From a virus, in the IMG/VR virus record IMGVR_UViG_3300045988_019169, positions 1 to 54,809 of that record: a DNA stretch of 54,809 bases, one strand, 5' to 3'. Shown here in pieces: positions 45,110 to 53,998 of the stretch; position 1 is the stretch's first letter, and each line of letters opens with the position of its first letter. The position numbers and the translations under genes are program-made. Under the pieces are notes generated by a model. The model searched no databases, was not told the DNA's origin, and worked only from the letters and a program-made list of their open reading frames with translations.

Positions 45110-45337
45110 ATGACAGATTTACAGCTTGAAGATGTTAAGAAGACGATAAGAGCAGTTTTTAAAAATCAGTTTGGGTTTGCTCCGTCGGCAAACTCAATCG
45201 CAGTACTTGAAGGCAGTTACGACCATGAACATGAGGACGGATGTACATGGTTTGAATTGACATTCAGCGTAGGCGGCAAGAGCTGGTACCACAGCACGAG
45301 AACCGGCGAATTAAAACGCACTGAATGGGCAGATTAG
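45110..45337 (+). CDS. hypothetical protein
   Basis: AAGGAGG Shine-Dalgarno. Confidence 0.6.
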   Translation: MTDLQLEDVKKTIRAVFKNQFGFAPSANSIAVLEGSYDHEHEDGCTWFELTFSVGGKSWYHSTRTGELKRTEWAD

Positions 45338-45416
45338 CCGAAACGCTCCACTTTGGAGCGTCAGCCGTGGGATAGTCTCCCGGCTCTGATGATGGCAGAC
45401 TAGAAAGGGAAAACAT

Positions 45417-45623
45417 ATGAGAACATATGAACAGGATTTGAAAGAGCTTAATATTTCAGAGGATGAATTTAATAACATAATTTCTCACATTTACGATAAA
45501 ACAGACGATGAAATGGCGGTACTTGCTAAGGCGATTAAAAGCGGCGCTCGTGTTCTCCCGGCTGTAAAAAGAGCATTTGAAAGAGTTCTTGCAATGCGAC
45601 AGGCGGTGCGGTTGACTTTATGA
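45417..45623 (+). CDS. hypothetical protein
   Basis: ORF. Confidence 0.5.
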   Translation: MRTYEQDLKELNISEDEFNNIISHIYDKTDDEMAVLAKAIKSGARVLPAVKRAFERVLAMRQAVRLTL

Positions 45624-45681
45624 AAGCAAAGGAATTGATACAGACTAAACGTGCGGAGCTTTTGCAACTCTTAGCATAATT

Positions 45682-45726
45682 AGCAAGGTAGGCTTTTCCG
45701 GGGTTCGATTCCCCGGCTTGCTTTTC
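45682..45726 (+). other. tRNA-like minihelix (acceptor-like stem plus T-arm) or T-arm-mimicking terminator
   Basis: AGCAAG..CGGGG TTCGATT CCCCG G CTTGCT TTT. Confidence 0.4.
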
Positions 45727-45769
45727 AGCCAAAAACGGCTAGATAATTAAATATATGGAGGTATTAAAA

Positions 45770-46084
45770 ATGATTAATATGTCAAAACTGAATATCATGA
45801 ACTTAGGAGCGTGTCAAGTAATTTCATCTACGGAACTGCTTGGTGAAATTCGCCTGAATTTAAACAAGGAAATTGCTGTTTATGTAGGCGGTTGTCCTGA
45901 ATGCGATGCTGAAGCTGTAGCCTATGCAGTAATAGGTTACGCATGGCAGACAGGGCACCGGGTTTCTGTAGTTGCAGGCAACAACTGGATTTTTGCCGAA
46001 CGAATAGAAGTGTCTGACAATAAACTGGAGCTTGGCGCTGATGACAGCCGAAAGCTTAATATATTAAGCAATTTTGGCTTGTAA
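45770..46084 (+). CDS. hypothetical protein
   Basis: Start moved to the ATG 8 nt after a GGAGGT Shine-Dalgarno. Confidence 0.55.
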   Translation: MINMSKLNIMNLGACQVISSTELLGEIRLNLNKEIAVYVGGCPECDAEAVAYAVIGYAWQTGHRVSVVAGNNWIFAERIEVSDNKLELGADDSRKLNILSNFGL

Positions 46085-46178
46085 TTCTTGACCGCCGCAG
46101 AGAATGTCCCCGGCTCATTACCGGGCGGCGGTATCAGCTTCGCTTTGGGGCTTGAAAATTTAACAAGGAGGTTTTACC

Positions 46179-46340
46179 ATGGACAAGATAATTGACTGGC
46201 TCATGAGCTGCGGCTACACCCGTGCCGATGCAGTGACCGAAGCCAACAAGATGGTTGAGGCGAACAGATGGGATGGTGCCGAGATGTGCTCCCGTGAGTA
46301 TGCCATCCAGATGGTGCTTGATACCATCGAGGAGGAATAA
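46179..46340 (+). CDS. small protein (53 aa)
   Basis: AAGGAGG Shine-Dalgarno; MDKIIDWLMSCGYTRADAVTEANKMVEANRWDGAEMCSREYAIQMVLDTIEEE; followed by a terminator. Confidence 0.55.
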   Translation: MDKIIDWLMSCGYTRADAVTEANKMVEANRWDGAEMCSREYAIQMVLDTIEEE

Positions 46341-46346
46341 ACAGTT

Positions 46347-46376
46347 AAAAAGAGAACTTTCAGAAGTTCTCTTTTT
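46347..46376. terminator. bidirectional terminator
   Basis: AGAGAACTT/AAGTTCTCT stem flanked by an A-run and a T-run. Confidence 0.8.
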
Positions 46377-46733
46377 GTCGTTCCTTGACAAATTGAAATC
46401 GAAGTGCTATTTTATCATCAAGCGGACAACTGCGCCCTTAATGGGCGGCGGCTTGTAACGTAATGCTGTTTGGTGGTCTGTTTGTTGTGCCTAACTCTAT
46501 TGTCATAGGCAGAGCCGGGCGACTTTGGGTGTGACATTCTACTGGTCCCGCCGTCATACAGAACTGTTTTAGGCTCAAAAACAACACCAAATCAGAGCCG
46601 AATTTTGCAAAAATCTGAAATCAATTTTCAAAATTTACGTTCCGGGTATAGAGGCGTACCAAAAATGTTGACCCGAAAATTTTAGGGAAAATTTTTGAAA
46701 AAAAATATCGAGAATATCAGACAAAATGACACC

Positions 46734-46781
46734 AAATCGAAGCCAAATTTCACAAGAATTTGACTTCGATTTTTTATTTTT
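46734..46781. terminator. long hairpin (9+6 bp) with T-run
   Basis: AAATCGAAG-C-CAAATT..AATTTG-A-CTTCGATTT followed by TTTATTTTT. Confidence 0.6.
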
Positions 46782-46817
46782 CATTTCCATAGGTGGGGGC
46801 GATTAAAAATTTTTGCA

Positions 46818-46958
46818 TTATTTTTTGACTTGATTCTGTGCAGTAAAAACCACAGATTTAGCCGTATATATGCTTTGGCTAAGCTCGTATATCATGCGCT
46901 CCATTGTCATTTCCGGGTTAGTTCTCCGGATGTACTCTAATAACTGTTCTGCTGTCAT
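46818..46958 (-). CDS. small protein (46 aa)
   Basis: ATGA overlap with the upstream gene; MTAEQLLEYIRRTNPEMTMERMIYELSQSIYTAKSVVFTAQNQVKK. Confidence 0.4.
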   Translation of the reverse strand: MTAEQLLEYIRRTNPEMTMERMIYELSQSIYTAKSVVFTAQNQVKK

Positions 46959-47326
46959 ACTGCCCTCCGAGATAAGCTTGACATAATATTGTCAAGCAAA
47001 TAAATCAAATCAGTGCCGTACAAGCTTATCCAGTTGGCAAGGTATTCCTCCTGCTCAATCGGCATTGATATGTCATAACTAAAGCAAAACGCATGGCATA
47101 GCTCATGAGCGATTATACGCCTCAGATAAGCCCCTTTAGGTGCTAGTGATACAAATATACTCTTGCGGTTCCAATCGGTCACAGCAAGGCTTGTAGTGCC
47201 GTCTGAACGCAACAAGTCAGGACTTGAATTATTGACGAATATTAAGCTCCAGTTAATGCCGTTGATTGTAAACATATTATACCTCACAATGGCAGGGACA
47301 TTTTTCTGCCCCTGCCTCATTATCAC
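46955..47326 (-). CDS. HExxH zinc metallopeptidase-like protein
   Basis: RRIIAHELCHAFCFSY. Confidence 0.6.
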   Translation of the reverse strand: MIMRQGQKNVPAIVRYNMFTINGINWSLIFVNNSSPDLLRSDGTTSLAVTDWNRKSIFVSLAPKGAYLRRIIAHELCHAFCFSYDISMPIEQEEYLANWISLYGTDLIYLLDNIMSSLSRRAV

Positions 47327-48054
47327 ATCTTAGTCAATAAGATTGACATTTTGCTCTTCATAAGTGAGCGCTCCTCAGGTGTCATATCGCTTATCATGTC
47401 GGTTAAGTCTGTTGACAGTTCTTTCATGTACTCATCAAGTGACTGCATTTTTGCGTCCTTGTCCTGCTGGGTGTTAGTCTTGTGCTGTTCCTTAGTCTCC
47501 ATGTAGTGCTTACGGCTCATGCCACTTCTACCCTCACGCATATCACGTTCCGTAGAACTGCCGCCTCTCGGTTGGCCAATCATTCCCATGCGGTCTGACA
47601 TGTCGGTGTAATACATTCTACCCCGGCTCAATCTGTCCATGTCTCTCATGCGCTCCATGTTGTCATAATCCATATCTGTCATATCGCCCGGGTATCTGTG
47701 CCAATATGGCGGCTCCTCATAGCCACGTCTGCCGACATAGGTTCCTTTGCCCTTCGGCGCATATCTGCCGGTTGTCTTGTAGCGGTATTCATCATAGAAG
47801 CGTCTGCCATCCTCTTCGCCGTATTCGGTTTTGAGCATTCTGAGAAGCTCCTTGTTGTACTCTTCTTCCTCTTCGTCAGCCTTCTTCATAGACTTAACGA
47901 TAACAGCCTTGTACTCTGCTTCGCACAAGTCCTTAATCATATCGACCGCTTCACCCATTTCCTCTGTGTTGACATTCTCAACACCCTTATCAAGCTCGCA
48001 TAAGGCTTTCTCTGTAAGACATTCAATCATTTTGTGGATTCTTTCAATGTGCAT
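47323..48054 (-). CDS. hypothetical charged R/M/D/Y-rich protein
   Basis: ORF with a low-complexity centre. Confidence 0.55.
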   Translation of the reverse strand: MHIERIHKMIECLTEKALCELDKGVENVNTEEMGEAVDMIKDLCEAEYKAVIVKSMKKADEEEEEYNKELLRMLKTEYGEEDGRRFYDEYRYKTTGRYAPKGKGTYVGRRGYEEPPYWHRYPGDMTDMDYDNMERMRDMDRLSRGRMYYTDMSDRMGMIGQPRGGSSTERDMREGRSGMSRKHYMETKEQHKTNTQQDKDAKMQSLDEYMKELSTDLTDMISDMTPEERSLMKSKMSILLTKM

Positions 48055-48065
48055 CTTCTCACCCC

Positions 48066-48485
48066 CTACGCTTCACGAACAGCAATTAAGTTACTGTTCT
48101 GTACCTCAATAGCCTGTGTAGATGTATTCTGCACTGCTACTGTACTGCAACAGCCGCAAGGTACATCAACATAGGCTTGTGCCGATACGTTAAATAAATT
48201 TTGAACTGCTGCTGGAGTGACTATCATCTTTGTAGACTGTAAAGGCTCTCCGTCTACTGCTATGGCAAGTGAAATCTCTTCAACTGTGCCGCCTGTAGGT
48301 ATCTGAATGTTTCCACTATAAGATATTAAAAATCTAGCCTTGCACTGATTTGTAATACCTCTTAACTTGATAATTCCGCTTCCTTGTCTGTGAACTATAC
48401 ATTTGCTACCGCATACCGGTGTTTCTGTAAATGCAACATCTTCTCCGGCGGCAACTGTTTGTAACGCAATTCCTGTTATTTCCAT
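48066..48485 (-). CDS. beta-rich Cys-containing protein; resemblance to the BclA C-terminal (C1q/TNF-like) fold is impressionistic
   Basis: Start at MEITGIALQ after an AGAGAGG Shine-Dalgarno; alternating beta-strand pattern; PCGCCS. Confidence 0.4.
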   Translation of the reverse strand: MEITGIALQTVAAGEDVAFTETPVCGSKCIVHRQGSGIIKLRGITNQCKARFLISYSGNIQIPTGGTVEEISLAIAVDGEPLQSTKMIVTPAAVQNLFNVSAQAYVDVPCGCCSTVAVQNTSTQAIEVQNSNLIAVREA

Positions 48486-48660
48486 TGTTTTTACCTCTCT
48501 TTCTAAAAAATAAGGGCAAACCATACAAGTCTGCCCCATGCTCCCGACATCAATGTCGGTACCAACGTAATACTGCTTAGCAGACATAATCTTTCGAGTT
48601 TTCTTTCGAGTGGAACTCAAAAGCACCCAATCCGATTAAGATACTTGATTATTAAGTTGT

Positions 48661-49449
48661 TTAGCATCCACAACCTGTATTGCATCCGCATCCGTAAGCA
48701 TATCCGTAAAGGTTGCTTGCTGGGAATGACGGTACCGGTGTAGGTCTTACTGCATCAATAATCTGATTTGTCTGTGCTGCCATTGTGGTAGTCAGAAGTG
48801 CATTCTGTCTATCCTGTGAAGCAGCTCTGCGTAAATCGTTGTTCTCTGCCTGTAAGGTTGCAATCTTGTCATTTGTCAAGAAGTCAAGGATTGCTCTAGT
48901 TCCTGCCTGCTGGCTGTCGATAATATCTCTTGTATTATTATTCATTGTGTTCTGCAAAGCGCAGGTGTTAGTTGCCATATTGTAGTTCACACCCTGTATG
49001 GCTTCTCTTGTCTCACAGCAACAGTTAGCGAGCTGTGACTGTAAAGCGTTTGTATTCTGCATATTAGCGACTGTATCAGCGTTAATAGCCTGCTGAATGC
49101 CATAACCTGTCTGCATGATATTTGTGTTAATGCCATTAAAGCCGGTAAGCATACTGTTGTTCATAGCATAAAAGCCATCACAAAGTCCGTTAGAAATGCC
49201 ATCTAACTTGCTGATAACTGCCGAATTGTCGAAGCCTCTCTGAATATCAGCCTGTGTAGCCGCTGTCGCAACATAGCCACCGCCATTGTTGCCACCAAAA
49301 CCGCCAAATCCGCCATTGCCCCATCCAAAGAGCAAGGCAAATACAACGATTATCCAAAGCCATCCACCGTCAGCCCATCCGCCGTTATTGCTGTTGCCGT
49401 CAATGTTCGCGACTAATGGCACGCTGGCACAATTTGAGTTTGAAAACAT
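48661..49449 (-). CDS. membrane-anchored Gly/Asn/Gln-rich protein with Cys-rich C-terminus
   Basis: Start at MFSNSNC after AGGAGG; WLWIIVVFALLFGWGNGGFGGFGGNNGGGY; ends YGYAYGCGCNTGCGC. Confidence 0.6.
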   Translation of the reverse strand: MFSNSNCASVPLVANIDGNSNNGGWADGGWLWIIVVFALLFGWGNGGFGGFGGNNGGGYVATAATQADIQRGFDNSAVISKLDGISNGLCDGFYAMNNSMLTGFNGINTNIMQTGYGIQQAINADTVANMQNTNALQSQLANCCCETREAIQGVNYNMATNTCALQNTMNNNTRDIIDSQQAGTRAILDFLTNDKIATLQAENNDLRRAASQDRQNALLTTTMAAQTNQIIDAVRPTPVPSFPASNLYGYAYGCGCNTGCGC

Positions 49450-49519
49450 ATTGTTACCTCCTAAAAATATATTCATAAAGATGTCACCTAGGTAGTTTGC
49501 AAAGACATCTAATATGCTA

Positions 49520-49756
49520 TTAATTACCAAATCTACTTTTTATCTGATTAAATACATCATCTGCATTTAACCCTTTTTCTTGACACAAATTCCTAGCCAT
49601 CTGCTCTATGCCCTTGGAATCTCCTTTTTGAGCCATCTGCATAGCGTTTCTAGCCATAGGGTTGCTCATTACGCTGTTATTCCCCATCATCTGTTGTAAA
49701 AACTGCTGCGGATTGCCGCCACGCATCATTTGAATTAACTGCATTGGGTTTATCAT
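49520..49756 (-). CDS. Met/Gln/Asn-rich small protein
   Basis: ORF. Confidence 0.5.
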   Translation of the reverse strand: MINPMQLIQMMRGGNPQQFLQQMMGNNSVMSNPMARNAMQMAQKGDSKGIEQMARNLCQEKGLNADDVFNQIKSRFGN

Positions 49757-50289
49757 GCCTCGTCACTCTCCTTTTTGCTTTGCGATTGCGAAGTTTTTCT
49801 CTGCGTCCCTAAAGCTACCTTGTTTTCCAACTGCTCAATCTTGGCTGATAAGTCATCAAAGCGTTGCATAATGCCTGCTGTGGCTTGTTCTGATAGGTCA
49901 ATTTTAAGTTTTTCCGTATCAAGTGAAGTATTTACCGCTTGCACAGATTTATTGTCTATTTGGGGCTTATACACAATCGTCTTAATTGTTCCATCAGCGT
50001 TCCAACCCTTGACGTATATTTCCGACATATCTTGCTTAGGGAAAAATGCCATCGAGCCGTCCATAGGAACCTCATTAGCATTGATGTTCTCAACAGACTG
50101 TACTATTCGCCCATTGATGCCTACTGGCTGTTGCTGATATGCTCCGGGTATCTGTACCGACGTCTGTTCCTGAGGCTGATACCTTGCCGCCTGCATTTGC
50201 TGTAAGTATTGTGGATAACCTGTGTACTGCTGTGGATAATAGCTCGGAATGTTATAAGGATTATTGTATTGAGGACTGTTCATTTGCAT
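49753..50289 (-). CDS. protein with Q/P/Y-rich N-terminus
   Basis: MQMNSPQYNNPYNIPSYYPQQYTGYPQYLQQMQ..; C-terminal coiled coil. Confidence 0.55.
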   Translation of the reverse strand: MQMNSPQYNNPYNIPSYYPQQYTGYPQYLQQMQAARYQPQEQTSVQIPGAYQQQPVGINGRIVQSVENINANEVPMDGSMAFFPKQDMSEIYVKGWNADGTIKTIVYKPQIDNKSVQAVNTSLDTEKLKIDLSEQATAGIMQRFDDLSAKIEQLENKVALGTQRKTSQSQSKKESDEA

Positions 50290-50413
50290 TTTCTTCTTCT
50301 ACCTCCTCGATAGCTTCGCCAACTGCGTGAATAATAAGAGATACCGTCATCAGGTCTGCTTTTTGAATTTCCTCTTTCGCGAAAATCTTCTCAATCACCT
50401 TATCTGACAACAT
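50261..50413 (-). CDS. small acidic protein (50 aa)
   Basis: AAAAGGAGGG Shine-Dalgarno; MLSDKVIEKIFAKEEIQKADLMTVSLIIHAVGEAIEEVEEE.. Confidence 0.45.
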   Translation of the reverse strand: MLSDKVIEKIFAKEEIQKADLMTVSLIIHAVGEAIEEVEEENANEQSSIQ

Positions 50414-50534
50414 CGGTTATCCCTCCTTTTGCTTATATTTTGGCATAAAAAAAGCCGCCTAAAGCGACAGCTTGGCGACATAAAAGCGACAAATGTTCAA
50501 TTTTCCCTTTGAAAAAACGCGATAAATACGGCAT

Positions 50535-50578
50535 TAGCACTAGCATACCGCCGTAGGCACCGCATGCAGTAAGTGCTA
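50535..50578. other. imperfect 44-bp inverted repeat abutting the recombinase stop (attP core candidate)
   Basis: TAGCACT AGCATACCGCCGTAGGCACCGCATGCAGTA AGTGCTA. Confidence 0.3.
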
Positions 50579-51937
50579 AAAACTTTTTAACTGTATTTCA
50601 ATATTTCCGTTGACAATGATTATCTTGTCAATTATAGTTTTTAGTATCATATTTTTTTGTTTCTTGTCGATGTTGCCCCAAACATCGGCAAGTTTTTTTA
50701 TTTCGTCATATACGATAGTGTTCTTCTGTCTTGCCGAAAAGTTCTTCTGTTCTTCTGCAATGTTCTCCTTAATCGCAGATATATTTGCTTCAAGCTCCTT
50801 AATCATGCTCAACACTGTGTCATTGCCATCCGCATACAAGCCGTAAAGCCTTTTTAATTTTGCCTGCTCCTTGTCGAGTTGCGACTGCATAATATCAAGC
50901 TTTGTTTCCTTCTCCTTAGGCTTGTACGATGATAAGTCAAGCGATATTTTGAGCATTTCTTTCTCGACTTGCTCCTCTATATCGTCCGCCCATTCAAGTG
51001 AATTATTGCAGTCCGGGTTGTGGTTTGGCAGATAAGACATAGCCTTATTTCTTGACATGCAATATATCTTGTGCTTTTCATGCGTCCACTTCTGATATCG
51101 CATGGCACATCCACACACACCACAATAACATAAGCCTGTCAATAGGTTCGGTTCAGTTATGCAACTTGCTTTATTGCAGCTTCGAGATTTTCTCAACTGT
51201 TGTGCAAGTTCAAACTGCTCCTTGTTGAATATAGGCTCATGCAAACCTTGATATATCTTGCCCTTGTATGGTATCATACCGACATTTACTGGTGTTGTGA
51301 GTATCTGCCTGACAACTTTCTCACCTTTATACCCACATATTTTACAGATTTTTACGTCCGAATATCCTCTTATGTAAAGTTCAAGTGCCTTGTTTGCTTG
51401 TTCTGCTCGTTCTGGAATGGGTATTAATATGCCTTGTTCTTTGTTGTAAGAATAGCAATAAGGCAAGTTGCCGCCACCGGGCCAGTAACCTTGCTTGACA
51501 CGTTCAAGCATACCGCCACGCATACGCAACATCATTGTATTTTTGTCAAGCTGTGCAAAAACTGCCATCATCTGAGTATATGCCTGTTCCATTGGGCTAT
51601 CATAGCTTACACTATCATGTACGCACTTAAACTGTACGCCGTTCGGTTGGAATATCTTCTCAATCATATATAGACCGTCAATCATATTCCTTGATAATCT
51701 GTCGAGCTTAAAAGTCACCACGCAAGATACCCTCTTGTGCTTGCAGTCAGCAACAAGCCTTTGAAGCTCAGGGCGGTTCATATTCGCCCCGGTGTAGCCA
51801 TCGTCAACATACCAATCCGTCACAATCAGCTCATTCTTGGAGCAGTAGTCGAGAATATCTCTCTTTTGACTTTCCAATCCGTTACCTTCTTCGGCTTGCT
51901 TCTCCGTTGATACTCTCATGTACGCAACACATTCCAT
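50576..51937 (-). CDS. large serine recombinase (integrase)
   Basis: VAYMRVSTEKQ..GLESQ.. resolvase catalytic domain, recombinase domain, and Cys zinc-ribbon LCYCGVCG.. plus coiled coil. Confidence 0.9.
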   Translation of the reverse strand: MECVAYMRVSTEKQAEEGNGLESQKRDILDYCSKNELIVTDWYVDDGYTGANMNRPELQRLVADCKHKRVSCVVTFKLDRLSRNMIDGLYMIEKIFQPNGVQFKCVHDSVSYDSPMEQAYTQMMAVFAQLDKNTMMLRMRGGMLERVKQGYWPGGGNLPYCYSYNKEQGILIPIPERAEQANKALELYIRGYSDVKICKICGYKGEKVVRQILTTPVNVGMIPYKGKIYQGLHEPIFNKEQFELAQQLRKSRSCNKASCITEPNLLTGLCYCGVCGCAMRYQKWTHEKHKIYCMSRNKAMSYLPNHNPDCNNSLEWADDIEEQVEKEMLKISLDLSSYKPKEKETKLDIMQSQLDKEQAKLKRLYGLYADGNDTVLSMIKELEANISAIKENIAEEQKNFSARQKNTIVYDEIKKLADVWGNIDKKQKNMILKTIIDKIIIVNGNIEIQLKSF

Positions 51938-52107
51938 TGTTTAACCTCCTCTTAAAAAGAATGTGCCGTACTTATCGCGTTACGGCACATTTTACGCTCA
52001 TATTTACTGATTGTCAATTATTGATGCAATCAGTTCTTTGGTCTTGTCCGGCAATTTGATTTCGCCTGTCTTAATCTCCCTGCCATTCTGTGTCACAATC
52101 ACCATGA

Positions 52108-52311
52108 TTACCCCTCCAATCTGCTGATTTTTGACTTAATTTTTTTAATCCGCCTGTTCACCGTCCGATTGCATACCGATACTTGCTGTGCAATCTCCGT
52201 TATGGTTTTGCCCCTTGCAAGAAGTTTAAAAACTTCAATCTCTTCTTCTGTGAAGTTGGCGTTGTTAATAATTGCATCAAGCTCCGGCTTAGTCAGCTTC
52301 GACAGCTTCAT
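52108..52311 (-). CDS. sigma-70 region 4 / LuxR-type HTH protein
   Basis: FTEEEIEVFKLLARGKTITEIAQQVSVCNRTVNRRIKKI. Confidence 0.7.
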   Translation of the reverse strand: MKLSKLTKPELDAIINNANFTEEEIEVFKLLARGKTITEIAQQVSVCNRTVNRRIKKIKSKISRLEG

Positions 52312-52326
52312 AAGCCGTTATTCCTC

Positions 52327-52719
52327 CTATTCTCCCTCTCCTCTTCGCCAGTTGAAATCCAAGCCGCACTCTTCACGCATCGTCTGTCTCATGTCCGCCC
52401 AACTCACATCGTCATCGGCAAGGCATTCTGCCTTGCTATTAAACCTATCCATAAATCGGTTTAATCTTGAACGCCCAAAGTCAAACTCATCTCGGAGCGT
52501 GACTGCTGATAACAGGCATATAGAATCAACAACATTGTTCTTTATTCTTCGTGTACATGCTTCTAATTCTTCATGTGATACTTCAAGCGGAATAAACTCA
52601 GCGTTCCTCTGCTTCAGCTCCTTAACTGCTTCGTCAATGCCGTATTTCTGTGCAACATCTAATATCCACGCCGCACCCGACATTCTGTATTCATGTATCT
52701 TCTTGTCGCTCTTAGCCAT
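52327..52719 (-). CDS. hypothetical protein
   Basis: ORF. Confidence 0.55.
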   Translation of the reverse strand: MAKSDKKIHEYRMSGAAWILDVAQKYGIDEAVKELKQRNAEFIPLEVSHEELEACTRRIKNNVVDSICLLSAVTLRDEFDFGRSRLNRFMDRFNSKAECLADDDVSWADMRQTMREECGLDFNWRRGEGE

Positions 52720-52732
52720 TGTGTGTCACTCC

Positions 52733-52936
52733 TCACATTCTTTCACATTCAAGTTCATCAGCACTTACATTAAAGTAAGTCGCTATCTTATTCAGCGTAT
52801 GTGGTCTAGGGTATGCTTTACGGCATAAGTACTTACTTACCTGTGCCTGAGACAAGCCTAAATCACTGGCAAGCTTAAACTGTGACACCTTTTGCCGTGC
52901 CATAAGCACCCGAAGATTGTCAGCGAACCTCGTCAT
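52733..52936 (-). CDS. XRE-family HTH protein
   Basis: LMARQKVSQFKLASDLGLSQAQVSKYL. Confidence 0.7.
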   Translation of the reverse strand: MTRFADNLRVLMARQKVSQFKLASDLGLSQAQVSKYLCRKAYPRPHTLNKIATYFNVSADELECERM

Positions 52937-53087
52937 ATTTTACTCCGTTTCCGGCTGCATTTAACCCATCTCTGTAACCCTCTTCGTATGCTTCAATAAT
53001 TGTATTGTTTTTGCTTGCTCCCACTATCAGGAATGTTGCCATAGCTGATAATATCGTTCCGGTCAAAAAAGCTATTGTCGTTGCCAT
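52920..53087 (-). CDS. small TM protein (55 aa)
   Basis: MATTIAFLTGTILSAMATFLIVGA..; TAATG overlap. Confidence 0.4.
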   Translation of the reverse strand: MATTIAFLTGTILSAMATFLIVGASKNNTIIEAYEEGYRDGLNAAGNGVKYDEVR

Positions 53088-53455
53088 TAATAGTTATACC
53101 CCCTCCATTTGATTTTGCACTCCTCGCATAGGCAGGAGCTTTCTGTGTGCGGCACTTTCCCGCACATAGTACACAACCCTTGTGCCTTAAGCCGCTTTCG
53201 TCGTGCCATAACCTCGTCTGATTTCTTTCGTCCGCATATTTCGCAAGTTACTCTGCCCGGGCGTGCTTTCCTTGTCTTGCATATTGTACATAATCCTGCT
53301 TTCAGTGCTATTTTCCTTGCGTATTTAGTCATTTCGCTATCAGTTTTCAAGCAATTCTCGCACTTTGAAAACTTGTAATTGTCTGGCAGTTTAGCTCCAC
53401 AATATGTACATTCATGGTTCGCCTTGCGTTTATAATATATTTCGTTAGCCGCCAT
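53087..53455 (-). CDS. multi-CxxC zinc-ribbon protein
   Basis: Five CxxC pairs (CTYCG, CENC, CTIC, CEIC, CTMC, CEEC). Confidence 0.6.
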   Translation of the reverse strand: MAANEIYYKRKANHECTYCGAKLPDNYKFSKCENCLKTDSEMTKYARKIALKAGLCTICKTRKARPGRVTCEICGRKKSDEVMARRKRLKAQGLCTMCGKVPHTESSCLCEECKIKWRGYNY

Positions 53456-53945
53456 CTTTATCTCCTTTCTGTATTATTTTTCGCTCCATCTCTTTGAATT
53501 GTTCGTCCGTATATCCTCTTTGTGAAAACTTGTTAAACGTGTTCTTTGTCCTTGGTGTTGAGCTTTGGGTTGTGCTCATACTCACCATCTTAGCCGGGTC
53601 ATCTGTGTAGGCTCCGTTAGGCTTAACACCTATCTGCGATTTTTCCTCCGTGTACAGCGTTGGCTTATATCTGTCCTTAGGTATGGTGTTATGTAGCCGC
53701 CAATGCTTAATTACAATGACGTTAGAGTTAGGGAACGTCAGAATATACCGCTTGTCAATCAACATCTGCAAGTCCTCACTTGAGGCTTGACATTCTCTCG
53801 CAATCCTCTTAGGTGCATCCACAAAGCCGTCATCATCCGCTCTCATGCACAAGTGAAAAAATAAACCCTGCGCCGATATTGGCATATCAAGGAACGCATC
53901 CGAATCTATTAACTTTTTTGAGAACATTCTCTTGTCTGCCATCAC
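53445..53945 (-). CDS. phage replisome organizer (N-terminal domain family)
   Basis: MFSKKLIDSDAFLDMPISAQGLFFHLCMRADDDGFV. Confidence 0.8.
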   Translation of the reverse strand: MMADKRMFSKKLIDSDAFLDMPISAQGLFFHLCMRADDDGFVDAPKRIARECQASSEDLQMLIDKRYILTFPNSNVIVIKHWRLHNTIPKDRYKPTLYTEEKSQIGVKPNGAYTDDPAKMVSMSTTQSSTPRTKNTFNKFSQRGYTDEQFKEMERKIIQKGDKDGG

Positions 53946-53998
53946 TTAATCTCCTTTTTCGTTTGAAATACGTTTTGCATATTTTCAAACACATTTTA

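Noticed and set aside
45682-45726. A sixth complete tRNA gene
   Set aside because: Only acceptor-like and T-arm elements are present, with no D-loop or anticodon arm. It is kept as a minihelix/terminator observation, not a tRNA call.
46134-46391. 85-aa - strand ORF
   Set aside because: It shadows a + strand 53-aa gene (46179-46340) that has an AAGGAGG Shine-Dalgarno and its own terminator.
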